This document shows positions 25,008 to 37,293 of a stretch of DNA of 64,000 nt, piece by piece. A program made the translations under genes and the position numbers. Within the stretch, counting starts at the first letter, position 1; each line of letters starts with the position of its first letter. Under the pieces are notes generated by a model. The model was given only the letters and a program-made list of their open reading frames with translations. It was not told the DNA's origin and searched no databases. The stretch comes from Felis catus (lineage: Eukaryota), in contig NC_058373.1 of NCBI RefSeq assembly GCF_018350175.1, positions 107,386,001 through 107,450,000 of the forward strand, given 5' to 3'.

Positions 25008-25234
25008 TCTTTTTTTCTTAAAAATTTTTTTTCCATGTTTTATTTATTTTTGAGAGAAAGAGAGAACATTAGCAGGGGAGGGGCAGAGAGAGAGGGAAAC
25101 ACAGAATTCAAAGCAGGCTCCGGGTTCTGAGCTGTCAACACAGAGCCAGACGCAGGGCTCAAAACCCATGAACTGTGAGATCGTGACCTAAGCTGAAGTT
25201 GGATGCTTAATCAACTGAGCCACGCAGGCGCCCC
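25008..25234 (-). mobile_element. CanSINE
   Basis: Antisense head ...caggcgcccc; T-tail. Confidence 0.93.
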
Positions 25235-26104
25235 TATAACACTTTCTTTTAGCCATCTGTGGCTAAGTAGTGCAGGAATTTCTAGATCATCAACAGTGAT
25301 GTCAAAATTGCTAAGGAAGCATTGACTTTTTCTTGATATAGAACTATTTATCTGTGAAGATAGAATTCACTCACAGCTCTTCAGCCTTCTACCTTGAGAA
25401 AGGGATTGAATTCCATACAGACCGCTTTAGTTTTTGGAGCCAGAATTTGCTCAAAAGCTGTCTTTTTGGTGATGTTATAACCTCATACAAAACATTTGCC
25501 AAAAATAAACTCTAAATTGATTTCTTATGCTATTAGTTAATTTCTTTTAATGTAGTTATTATTTGAAGCTATATGCTATCTTATTTTTTTCTTATTAAAG
25601 AAAGCTTTATAAATCTAAGAATATATTTTTACTTACTCTAACTTTCAGAAACATTTAGAGACAAACTGAAGAATTTTTTCTGTGAAATGACTTTTCAGAG
25701 AATTATTTGGTATCCTCAAAGGTGCTGCTGTTAGAGTACAATATAAACTTTAGTTGATTAACGGTGTAATAGTTACACATGTGTCCTAAGAGTTGTCCAT
25801 GTCTTGTATCTACTAAGCCCTGTGTATCCCTTTACTACAGTGGGCGCTCCCACTTCCCCCGGTCCTCTACCTTCTACTCTTTTTATTTTTTTTTCCTATT
25901 ACAATAAAATTTCCATTTTATATTACGTTATCCTATAGAGGAACAAGTTCAATTCTTCTAGAGGCAAATAAAGAATAAACTATCTTATTTCTATTTTCTT
26001 ATATCTGCTTTGAAATCTGTATGACTTGGTGAAGTTAAGAATGGTATACTTTGTAGTTTCACTTTAGTTGGTGCAAAAATATGGATGCAGGCTCTTTCAA
26101 AATA

Positions 26105-26335
26105 ATTTTATTTTTTAAAATTTTTGTTAATGTTTATTTATTTTTGAGAGAGAGAGACAGACAGAGGACGAGCAGGAAAAGGTCAGAGAGAGAAGGAGAC
26201 ACAGAACTGGAAATGGGCTCCAGGCTGTGAGCTGTCAGCACAGAACATGATGAGGGGCTAGAACTCAAGAGCCATGAGATCATGACCTGAGCTGAAGTCA
26301 GACTCTTAACCTACTTAGCCACCCAGGTGCCTCCC
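26105..26335 (-). mobile_element. CanSINE
   Basis: Antisense head; TSD aaataatttta. Confidence 0.93.
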
Positions 26336-27032
26336 AAATAATTTTAATTATATATTTTGGGAATTAAGTGATATAAAGTCTTGGGAGCCATTGTGTCTCC
26401 AAAGAATTATATTTTTTTTCTCACGTGTAACCTTGACAAAGGATGAAATCAAAAGTGCATGCCATGAAGTTTTTAGTGGTTTCTACTAGGGTCTTTTCTA
26501 GAGTTAGTTAAATTTGAGAAGCAGAAGAAGAATAAATGAAAAATTTTCACTCAGTATTATGAATATATAATTATATTTCACCTTGCACTGGTAGTACTCT
26601 TCTTGCTTGCTCAAGGCAATATGTAAACTTGTTTATTAATTCTGTGCCAGTGGGAGAAAGCATTGGGAAAATTTAACTGCTAATTGCAATTCCCTAGACA
26701 ATGGCTTTAGTGGTTAGTCTAGTAGTCTCATTGATTGGCACTCTGAGATTGTCTTTTTAATAATCAACTGGATTTCTAGTTAATATTTTACTACCTTCCA
26801 CCCAAACAAGAGTTAGTCCCCTTAACTGATATAAATTATGAGTGCTTATCAGTTTTATTCTTCAGTTTCTAATTAATCAAATCTCTCTACTGTTTTAAGT
26901 AGATGGAAGTGATTTATTTAACATGAGTTTTTCATTCATGAGGTTATAAAACTAGTTTTATAAGATAAAATGCGATCTTTAAATAAGATCTGTTAACACA
27001 ACTGATACGTCTGTGCTGTCAGTTATGCTAGG

Positions 27033-27348
27033 TTTATTTTTTTATTAAAAAAAAATTTTTTTTAACGTTTATTTAGTTTTTGAGAGAGAGAGTGCAGTGC
27101 AGTCGGGAGAGGAGCAGAGAGAGAGGGAGACACAGAATCCGAAGCAGGTTCCAGGCTCTGAGCTGTCAGGACAGAGCCAGATGTGGGGCTCGAACCCACG
27201 AACTGTGAGATCATGACCTGAGCCAAAGTCAGATGTTCAACAGACTGAGCCACCTAGGCAGCCCTATTTTTTATTTTTTAAAGATTAAAATTTTTTTTAA
27301 TGTTTACTTATTAATTTTTGAGAGAGGGAGGACCACCGGGGGAGGGGC

Positions 27349-27383
<35 letters not shown>

Positions 27384-27634
27384 GACAGAGAGAGACAGAA
27401 TCTGAAGCCGGCTCCAGGCTCTGAGCTGTCAGCCCAGAGCCTGACATGGGGCTCGAACCCATGAACTGTGAGGTCATGACTTGAGCTGAAGTGGGAGACA
27501 ACCGGTTGAGCCACCCAGGTGTCCCTGAAGATTTTATTTTTAAGTAATCTCTGCACCCAATGTGGGACTCAAACTTATAGCCCTGAGATCAAGAGTCACA
27601 TGCTCTACTGACTCAGCCAGCCAGCCAGGTGCTC
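27033..27634 (-). mobile_element. Three stacked CanSINEs (27033-27264, 27266-27525, short old copy 27527-27634)
   Basis: Three antisense heads; outer TSD tcagttatg. Confidence 0.92.
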
Positions 27635-28170
27635 TCAGTTATGATAACTTTACAAAACAGATTTAAAGTCTGATGGTTTAATATCTTGAGTCCTTCCTCA
27701 TCAGATGCTAAGCTTATTTAGCTATTATTACCTAACCAATGTTGAAAAAATTTGTGATAGTAATAATAGTATTGAATTGAGTTAGTTAACTAGAAAGTTT
27801 TTTGTTTGATCTCTGTGAATACCTGTCAGTTTTGTTTTCTTGTGTGGCCATAGACTATGTTGATAAAACCAACCTACCAAAAGTAACTGACCTGTTAACA
27901 AATCATTACTATTGGCAAAGCAATTAAAAGTTTTTGTTCTTGAGGGACTAGGATAGGTTATAGTCCCTAGAATAGAAGACCTATCTTCACAGTAACCTTG
28001 GAGATGCTTTCATGGCCATTCTTTTGGTCTTAAAAACTGTTTTTTTTTTTTTTTTTTTTTTTTTTCAGTTGATGAATTGGAACTTTATATATCAAGACTT
28101 TGAGATGAGGCATTGAACGTATTCTATCAATTTTTTTGTTATAACACTCTCTTTGTCACCCTTCTTCTTG

Positions 28171-28632
28171 TTTTTTTTTTTTTACGTTTATTTATTTATT
28201 TTGAGAGTGAGAGTGAGCATGAACAGGGGAGGGGCAGAGAGAGAGGGGAGAGAGAATCCCAAGCAGGCTCTGCACTGCTAGCACAGAGCCTGATATGGGG
28301 CATGAACCCACGAACTGCAAGATCATTACCTGAGCTGAAGTTAAGAGTCTGAGGCTTAAGCAACTGAACCACCAGGCACCCCTGTTTTCCTTCTTAAGCA
28401 TTTCTTCTTCTTCTTTTTAATGTTCATTTATTTATTTTGAGAGAGAGAGAGAGAGAGAGAGAGATAAAGCATAAGCAGGGGAAAGGCAGAGGGTTGGGGG
28501 AGAGAGGATCTGAAGCAGGCCCTGGGCTGACAACAGAAAGCTTGATATGTGGCTTGAACTCACTAACCGTGAGATCATGACCTGAGCCTAAGTGGGACAC
28601 TTAACTGACTGAGCCACCCAGGCAGGTGCCCC
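28171..28632 (-). mobile_element. Two adjacent CanSINEs (28171-28382, 28402-28632)
   Basis: Two antisense heads; second with TSD cttaagca(t/c)ttc. Confidence 0.92.
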
Positions 28633-28669
28633 TTAAGCACTTCTTCATTGCTGTCATAGAAGAGTTTTT

Positions 28670-28860
28670 AATATTATCAATCTGGTCATGTCTCTCTGTC
28701 ATTAATATCTTTCAGTGGCTCATCATCACCTATACAATCTGACTCCTGTCTTTGTAGTCATAATACCCTGCCCCCTCATACTTGGTGTTTCTTAAGAATC
28801 TTACTGTTTCTCACACATTTTTGTGCCATTGCATGTGCCATTTGCTTTCCTTAGCATCTT
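28670..28860 (+). mobile_element. L2 fragment
   Basis: tcttcagtggctcatcatcacct...tgcatgtgccatttgctttcc. Confidence 0.5.
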
Positions 28861-29205
28861 AGTACTGTCTTTATATTTGTGGCACAGTCCTCCTGGTAAT
28901 TTCTTTTCCTCTTTTCCTCCTATGCATGAGTTGTCTGTTTATTCTTTGTCTTCTTTTTTACTGGGGTAGTATTGTTTTCCTTATTTATTTAAATGAGTCA
29001 GCTGTATAGTAAGACTATTAACCCTTGAAATTTAAAATTTTATTTTTTAATCTTATATTGTTTATGATATGAAGTAGTTTTCATCTCTAAGCAGTAAAAT
29101 GTATTGATGATGTCCTGTTAGTTTTCCATTTTTCTTCTACTAGGTCCTAAACCAACATAGAACCTTATATATATTTATATTCTAATACTTGTGTAGCTTC
29201 AATTT

Positions 29206-29427
29206 AAAAAAAAATTTTTTTTTTCAACGTTTATTTATTTTTGGGACAGAGAGAGACAGAGCATGAACGGGGGAGGGGCAGAGAGAGAGGGAGACACAGA
29301 ATCGGAAGCAGGCTCCAGGCTCTGAGCCATCAGCCCAGAGCCCGACTCGGGGCTCGAACTCCCGGACCGTGAGATCGTGACCTGGCTGAAGTCGGACGCT
29401 TAACCGACTGCGCCCCCCAGGCGCCCC
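29206..29427 (-). mobile_element. Young CanSINE (SINEC_Fc-like)
   Basis: CpG-rich with the young-copy variants GGCGCAGTCGG / CTTCAGCCAGG; TSD tgtagcttcaattt. Confidence 0.95.
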
Positions 29428-29697
29428 TGTAGCTTCAATTTTTTATCTAATTACTTAATTCATCTGGAATTTATTTTTTGTAAGGAGCTATAAAAGAATC
29501 TTTATTTTTTTTCAACATGGTAAATCAGTTGGCCCAGACCAATATATTCAATAAGACTTTTTTTTCTACTGATGTGTTTTATTAATATACTAAGACTTTT
29601 TCTCCGCTACCCTTTCTTTTCCATTATTCTGTGTTTCAGTATTTAACAGTATCACATAGTTATTAACTTAAATTCATGATATGTTTTAATATTAAGC

Positions 29698-30340
29698 TAT
29701 GCATTTTTTTTCTGTTGCTGTGTATCAAATTAGTGCAAATTTAACATCCATTTTTATCTCATTCGTTATCAGTGTCTGTGAGTCAGTAGTCTGGGCATGG
29801 GTTATCCAGAACCAAGTAATTCTGGTGTCACGTGGTTATAATCAAATGTCAGCAAGTGCTGTGGTTCCATGTAAGCGAGGCTTGTGGGGGTTGTCTTCCA
29901 AGCTTCTTCATATTATTGGCAGACTTAGTTCCTTCCAAATGTAGAACTTATGGTGGCTTTCATATTCGATGCCAGCAAGAGAAAATCACTTTGACTCTTT
30001 CTTTTATTTTTATTTTTTTTATTTAAAAAAAAATTTTTTTTTAACATTTATTTATTTTTGAGACAGACAGAGAGAGAGCATGAACAGGGGAGGGTCAGAG
30101 GAAGAGGGAGACATAGAATCTGAAACAGGCTCCAGGCTCTGAGCTGTCAGCACAGAGCCTGACACGGGGCTTGAACCCACAGACCGTGAGATCATGACCT
30201 GAGCCGAAGCCGGACGCTTAACCGACTGAACCACCCAGGCGCCCCGACTCTTTCTTTTAAAGGCTACCTATCTGCTTAAGTTTGGCCCACCTAGATAATT
30301 TCCCTTTTTTCTTATTATATTTTTTTTAATGTTTATTTTT

Positions 30341-30382
<42 letters not shown>

Positions 30383-30720
30383 ATGTGAGTGGCGGAGGGA
30401 TAGAGAGAGGGAGACAGAATCCAAAGCAGGCTCCAGGCTCTGAGCTATCAGTACAGAGCACTGTGTAGGGCTTGAACCCACAAACTATGAGCTCGTGACC
30501 TGAGTCAAAGTTGGATGCTGAGTCACCCAGGCACCCCTAATTTCCCTTTTCATTAACTGACAGTCAACCTGTTTGAGATCTCAATTACATCTGCAAAATC
30601 CCTTTTGCAGTATAATTTAATCTCAGGAGTGAAATTCATCATATTCACTCATTGAGAAGGAGTTGTGCAAGAATGACATAAGGGAATCTTGTAAGCCATT
30701 TCAGAATTTTGCCTATCTCA
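29698..30720 (-). mobile_element. MLT1 (MaLR, MLT1E-like) solo LTR interrupted by two antisense CanSINEs (30002-30245, 30306-30537)
   Basis: ctgttgctgtgtatcaaatt...tcttccaagcttc...aattacatctgcaaaatccctttt...gccatttcagaattttgcctatctca. Confidence 0.8.
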
Positions 30721-30773
30721 GCTGGGACAAGTCTTCCTTTGCTATTTAACTTTTTCAAAGTATTCTTAGCATT

Positions 30774-30984
30774 TAAAAAAAATGTTTTATTTATTTTTGA
30801 GACAGAGAGAGACAGAGCATGAGCAGGGGAGGGGCAGAGAGAGAGGGAGACACAGAATCTGAAACAGGCTCCAGGCTCTGAGCTGTCAGCACAGAGCCCG
30901 ATGTGGGGCTTGAACTCACAAACCGCGAGATCATGACCTGAGCCGAAGTTGGACGCTTAACCGACTGAGCCACCCAGGCGCCCC
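30774..30984 (-). mobile_element. CanSINE
   Basis: TSD attcttagcattt. Confidence 0.94.
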
Positions 30985-31357
30985 AATTCTTAGCATTTTT
31001 ATACATTTATTCTTCTAAGTAAACTTTGTTGGCCAAAGCAGCAAATCATTGTATAATTCTTTCAAGTTTTCTGTACATTTGAAAATTTTTACAATAAGGT
31101 ATTGTGAAACAGGTATTCAGACAAACCGAAACCCATGAATAGCTTAACTAAGATATAGCCATTCAACTCATTCCTTAGATAATAATCAAGCACCACTCCT
31201 TTTGGGATTTTATTTGGAATTGCTTTAAATTTATAAACTGATTAGAAAAGAATGGGCATTTGAAATCTATTGAGTTTTCATATACCTCTCTTAGAAATTA
31301 ATTTTTGTTATACTTGTGATGCTGTTATAGAATTATTTTCATTATGCTTTCTGATTC

Positions 31358-31581
31358 TTTTTTTAAATAAAAAATTTTTTTTAAATATTTATTTTTGAGA
31401 GAGACACAGAGCATGAGTGGGTGAGGGGCAGAGAGAGACACACACCCACACACAGAATCCAAAGCAGGTTCCAGGCTTTGATCTGTCAGCACAGGAACCA
31501 TTGCGGGGCTCGAACTCATGAACTGTGAGATCATGACCTGAGCCAAAGTCATGCGCTTAACTGACTAAGCCAGGCACCCCT
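31358..31581 (-). mobile_element. CanSINE
   Basis: Antisense head ...ccaggcacccc. Confidence 0.92.
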
Positions 31582-32829
31582 CTGACTCATAAATATATTT
31601 TTATTTTGTATCTAGCTGCTTTACTGAACTCTAATAATTTTGTTCTATTAGGTGAGTATCTGGGGTTTATTTGGAAGTAAATCATCTGAAAAAATGAATT
31701 TTTTCTTTTAAATGCTCTAACTCTGCAGTTTTTAAAATATTTTATTGAATTTGGCTAAAGCTTCCTAACTCGGTGATATCTAGTTCTGATAACTGCAGTT
31801 TCTTATTTTTGACGCTTCAAGTGTTTAATCATTAAGTATCATATCGACTATTTGTTTAAGTGATTTTTTTCTTACCATTTTGGAGAAGCATTTTTAAAAA
31901 TCACATTGAAATTTGTGTTTTTTGGTCAAGGTCTTTACCTGTTGACCTATTATACATGGATTGTCAAAAAATGGAGGAAAGGTGTATGTTTTCTTTGTTT
32001 TTGATGCTGTCCTCCTAAGTTTAAATGTTAGTTTTATAAAATCTTAGGGACATCAGAAAATCAAAGAACATGGAAAAATAGGAAAGTCACAGAAAAAACT
32101 GCAATATGTCTGTGCATAAAACATATGATATATGTTTTATTTGGTTATAATTATGAACATATTACTAAATTAACTTTTTTTCCCCACTGACTATGACAGC
32201 AAAATGTCTTTAAGTATCTGTTTTTCTTGGCATTTGAATTAGAAATCAGCTCACACATCTAACATGAACCTTTATGCTTAAAGTTCTAGTCTGGCTCTAG
32301 TCTGGTAAGTTTTAAATCTTTTTTATGCAATCATGGAAAAAAATATGTTTCTGCTTGAAGCAGTTGTCAAACAAGCTTCTTTCATCGACAGTCAGACACA
32401 GGGCAGCTGAATGAGGCTGTTTAGTCTAGAGTAAATGCTCATGAGATTACAAGGTCACTGAGGAAATGTAATTATGCAGTTGATTCCAGAATAGTTTTTT
32501 TATAGTAAGAACTTTAAAAGTATTAAATCATAATATTAATTATGGATATATATATCTAAAAATCAATCTTAGAAAGAAAAGAAGCACTACATAAATGAAA
32601 TTATTTAGTTTAAATAATAAAACTATAATTAAATTATTACAACAAAATATAGTTTTAATTCAGATTTTTCTAGGACCCTAAAAAAAGCAAGTTCAAGTTA
32701 CTATTGGAATTTGGTCAATTCTTCCCAAATCATTATAAAATTCAGAAGACTCTGTGTCTCTCTATATAAATGTTTCCATTGGGAAATGAAACCTCACGGT
32801 ATTTACCTCATGTTTAATTGCAAAAACAG

Positions 32830-33660
32830 TTTGTTATTTAATAGTTCCGTGAGTTATGGAGCACCTTCTGTGTACCAGTTACTCTTCTGGTTCTGAGAAA
32901 ACAGCAGTGAACAAAAAGGAGAAAACACCTACTGTCATTCTATTGGGATGAAGCCAACAATAAAAATACACTAATGAATCTATTAGATGGTAGTATTTTG
33001 AGGACAAATACAGCAGGATAAAGGGATATGTAGTGATTGGAATAGAGTGCTATTTTTACATGGTACTGATAGAATCTTTTGTAGAAAGATTTGAACAGAC
33101 GTGAATTAAGCAAAGAAGCCAATCACGTGATATCATCGGGAGAGTCAGAAGGAACTGTAAGTGTAAAGGTCCTGAGGTGGGAGTCTACATGAGAAGGAGA
33201 AAGTAGGCCCGTGTCTGGAGCAGAGTGAATTGGGGAATGGTATATCAGAGTGGTAGCAAGTTTTTATGTAAGGAGGCAGGCTGGGCCCAGTTAGATTGTG
33301 TAGGATTAGGTAATGATTTCTAAGACTTGGGCTTTAACTTTGAAGGATATGGGAGGTCATAAGAGAATTTTGAATACAGGTGTGTCATGTGACTTACATT
33401 TAGAAAGGTTTATTATAGGAGAATCGATAGAGTGAAAACAAGAAAGCTTGCAGCAGTCCTGATTAAGATGGTAGTGCCTCATACTAACATGGTAGCAGCA
33501 TAGTTGCTAAGAAAATGGTCAGATTATAGATACAATTTTGATATGGAGACCAAAGAATTTTTGATAGATTAGATGTAGGGAGGTATCAAAAATTTTCTGA
33601 GCAACAAAGCTGCCATTTACTGTGATAAGGGAGAGTAAGAGAGGGATTCTTTGAGGCAGC
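32830..33660 (-). mobile_element. L2 fragment
   Basis: gagcaccttctgtgtaccag...tgtaaaggtcctgaggtggga...acttacatttagaaagg. Confidence 0.75.
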
Positions 33661-33739
33661 ATAGTTGTCAATTGCTTTAAGTTATTTATCAAATAATCAT
33701 TGTTTAAAAATATTTCTAAAAAATGTTTCCAAAGAGGCT

Positions 33740-33940
33740 GCAAGAGTTGGAAAAAAACCTTAGAGATAACTCCATGCAATGTCTCCTCTTTTGTAGGACA
33801 GTGAGCTGTCTTGAGTCCACTATAGATAAGAGAGGCCAGAGAAGAAAACTTTTGTGCTCATAGCCACATCTCTGGTTCGTGCAAAGCTAGGACTAGATTC
33901 TTAGTCTCTTAGGCTACTTTTTCTCTGTTGTACCACCTAC
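33740..33940 (-). mobile_element. MIR fragment
   Basis: accttagagataactcca...tagataag...gctaggactagattcttagtctc. Confidence 0.5.
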
Positions 33941-34198
33941 CTTTACCATATACAGAGCTTTCAAAATCTGAATGAGCTTTATTTTTATTTTGCTTTAGAT
34001 CATTATAGTTTCAGGTAGCATATTAAGGAGAGTGAATTCGAATTATGTAGTCTCAAAAAAAATTATTCTGTTCTAAGCATAAGCCAAATTCTAGTTTCCA
34101 TTCTGTGTTTTGTGCATGTGTATGTGAGAAAAATAGGATTGAGTTGGGCAAAGTAACTCAGAGACTTTTGTGTTGGAGCATAGGTAAAAGTGACCTGA

Positions 34199-34620
34199 TA
34201 GTGGGGGTGTAGCAAGGGTGGGGCATTAGCAATAGTTCGTCCCAGTGCAGGCAGTTAGGAGTTCCATTGTCTGTAGAGAATTTAAAAAATAATAAAACCA
34301 GTTGAAAGTCAGTCTACTTTTTTTTTTTTTTGTCACCACGTACTAGCAGTCTAAGCATTATTCATTTTCAAATACTCCTTCCTTAAAAAATATCTTTTGT
34401 TGGTTCAAGTTCTAAATAATCGCTGTTACTTTTGAATTTCATAGTATGTATGTAAACTTTCAATTAGCACATCTTTATTTTTTTTAATAACACTGTATTG
34501 TACATAGTTAATTCAGAGAACTCCCAGTTTTATAGTCAGCCCTGTGCTCCATACCCCCCATCCCCCAATATCTAATACCCATGTGCTCAGCTCTATTTAG
34601 CCTCATTCAAGAGTGAGTCT
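34199..34620 (+). mobile_element. MER97-like hAT-Tip100 DNA transposon fragment
   Basis: gtagcaagggtggggc...cattgtctgtagagaatttaaaaataataaaacc...ttaattcagagaactcccagtt; name from recalled consensus. Confidence 0.7.
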
Positions 34621-35040
34621 GTAAGGTTTTAGAATCCTTCCAGCTTTTTTTCTGGCAAAATTTTTATATCCATCTCCCCTGTGGTGCTGTAAGTTCCTGA
34701 GTAGTAGAATTGGAATAAACTTCAAATAGATAAATAGATATAGCCCAGTGATTGTAAAGATGAAAAAATAAAATGTAAGTTCTTGGAGCATTTATTTGTG
34801 TTTAAAAACCCTTCAACCAGGGTGCATCTGAAGGTTGCAGCTAGAATCAATCCTAAAGAAACACAGACATGAATAGTATTACAATTTCTGGAATTTATTT
34901 TGAAATAGATATTTTATGAAACTCTGTCAAAGTCATCCTTATCATTAAGATGTTTCCTGTTTGGATCTATTCCTTCAGGAAAGAAACTGGAAATTAAAAT
35001 TAACAAAACATATTCTTCATCGATTATGAGCAAAGGTAAA

Positions 35041-35235
35041 CTTTTTAATTGAAGTATAATCAACATACAGTATCCTATTAGTTTCAGGTGTACACCATAG
35101 TGATTCAATATTTTTGTACATTACAAAGTGATCACACAATAAGTCTAGTTACCATCTGTTTCCATGCAAAGTTATTACAGTATTATTAACTGTACGGTCT
35201 GTGTTCTACATTACATTCCCATGACTTATTATAGG
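35041..35235 (-). mobile_element. L1 3' end (L1MA9/carnivore-type)
   Basis: ttgaagtataatcaacatacag...ttagtttcaggtgtacacc; flanking repeat aaaggtaaa. Confidence 0.82.
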
Positions 35236-37070
35236 ATTAAGGAAAGGTAAATTGACAAATCTGGTTTTATTACATACTGAACAGGAATATGTGAAGATCA
35301 GTTTTAATGAATTCATTGACAACTTTGGAGAAGTCAGAGCTCAAAACAAAGTATTTTGAGTTCACTATGTTTTCAAAAATTGATATAATTAATAGGTATT
35401 TTAATCTGTAACTTTTTGGCCTCTTTTGTGATGTAAATTTTATTTTTGTTTTACATTAGAAATTTTCTACTGGCATAATTATGTGCACAAAGTCCAATAA
35501 AAGAAAAATCTCACTATCTATGTTCACTTTCTGCATTGTTATTCCCATTTCGTGATTATTACAGAAAATAATTTTGTTGTATAGGAGAGTAGATGTGGTA
35601 AAAAATGATCTGCTCTGCCTATCCAATATGCTAGGTGTGCAACTGACTGATAAGAGTTGGCCCTGAGGATGGGATCCTGTGTCATAGGTTTCTGTCACAC
35701 CAAAGCATTGTCAATTTAGTTATAAAAATGAATTTCCCATATTTGGTCTTATTGTTTTCAGAAGAATGTGGAGACTTAGATTTTGTTTTATTTGAGGCAA
35801 ATTATTATTCAGAGACAGATTGTATTTGCCAATAATTTATTTAAAACAGGTTTATTGTGGAAATTATAATTTTTAATGTTTCACAAGCCAATAGCATATA
35901 GGATAATGTCTCTTGGTAAGCCAGTAAAGAAGTACTCTAAGTCAATGATAGATTAATTACACTATTGTTTCAGGCAAAGGAGAGGTGAAAGAAAGAAAGC
36001 CCAAGTTTAGTTGAGGTGTACCTTTCTATGCATTGGTTCTCAGTAGAGTCAGTCTTTGCAGCTAAAAGCTGGGGTATCAGCTGCTGGTGTAGGTCCCTTG
36101 CTGTTGGAGCATGTAGCTAGTGGGCAATGGCTCTGGTGTTGGCAGGCATGGCGGGCTGCTCTGAAGGTTATCACTCTAGGGACCTGTACACTGTTTGCAC
36201 CACTGTCTATGAGGAGTAGATTTGCCAGAGCAGGAACAGATGTCTCTTCCCTTCTTGGGAGTGCTGCATGGTTTAATACCATTGCCAACCAAGAGAAGCC
36301 TGGTTATGGCAGAGACAAGTGTCTCAAGATCTCTGGAGAGTTTTTGGAACAGAGCAAGCTTGACCAGACTGAACACCCTCAGTACGGCCTCGCAGACTCT
36401 TGGTATTTAAAGTTTAAATGTTCATTACATCTTAGCTGCTCTTCAGTATGTTGCTGTCAGTAAGTCTCCAGCAGTGCCTGTCAGCAGTTGAACTACTGAG
36501 CACTTAACCAACCACAACAGGTGTCTATGACAACATCCTGACACAGCTTCCTCAGTGCAAACAAATTCACCCTTAGATCAAAACCACTTTACTTAAGTCA
36601 TAAACAATTGAATTTGAAATCATAACAAACCAATACACAACAGATTTGGAAAAAAAGTAATGGTCAGGAATTAGATCCTACTTAGATTAAAAAACTGTGG
36701 TTGTTGAATCTGGAAAACAAATGGCTGTGCTTTGAGGGAGCAGAATGAATATGGCTGATTAATCATTTTTTAGTTTATGAAAGATTTTTTAAGGGAATAC
36801 ACTTTTGAAAAGAAAATTGCCAATGGGATGGTAAAATGTGGATCAGATGACCAGGCAGGATTGGGCTCTTCATGCTGAAATATTTCCTTGTAGGAAAAGA
36901 TGCTGATTGGTTCTGTGTAGCTTTGATATTTATTTACTGAGAACAAGATGCTATTTCAGGTAATTTTTCAAAGCCAAGTGAATTGTCCTTCTTGAATTCT
37001 ATATACCTCAACATAACTTTTTTGACTCTGCCCAGCTTCTAAATCTTAGCTTATTGTTGTTCTATTTGTG

Positions 37071-37293
37071 TATTTTTTAAGTTTGTTTGTTTATTTATTT
37101 ATTTATTTAGAGAGAGTGAGCGAGCGAGCAAAAGTCAGGGGGAGGGGGGAGAGAGAGAGAGAATCCCAAGCAGGCTCTGTCTGCATTGTCATTGCAAAGC
37201 CCGACTTTGGGCTGGGTACCACAAACCGTGAGATCATGACCTGAGCCAAAATCAAGAGTCAATAGTTAACTGACTGAGCCACCCAGGCACCCC
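37071..37293 (-). mobile_element. CanSINE
   Basis: Antisense head ...gccacccaggcacccc. Confidence 0.93.

Larger units (their letters stand above)
28930..31900 (-). mobile_element. Highly decayed L1ME-like fragments hosting the MLT1 LTR and SINEs
   Basis: ttaattcatctggaatttatttttt, gggattttatttggaattgctttaaatttata and tatctagctgctttactgaactct resemble antisense L1 ORF2. Confidence 0.6.

Noticed and set aside
25833..25848. CTCF-like actacagtgggcgct
   Set aside because: Several mismatches in the core.
26063..26082. Mariner TIR-like ttagttggtgcaaaa
   Set aside because: Single short match with no partner inverted repeat.
27943..27968. 8-bp hairpin agggacta...tagtccct (also an 11-bp AT-rich stem near 32116-32140)
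   Set aside because: Short stems are expected by chance in 64 kb.
36056..36463. 135-aa ORF as a novel gene or processed pseudogene
   Set aside because: Non-ATG start, no recognisable domain, no poly(A) or TSD. Kept only as a non-coding candidate; BLASTX would settle it.
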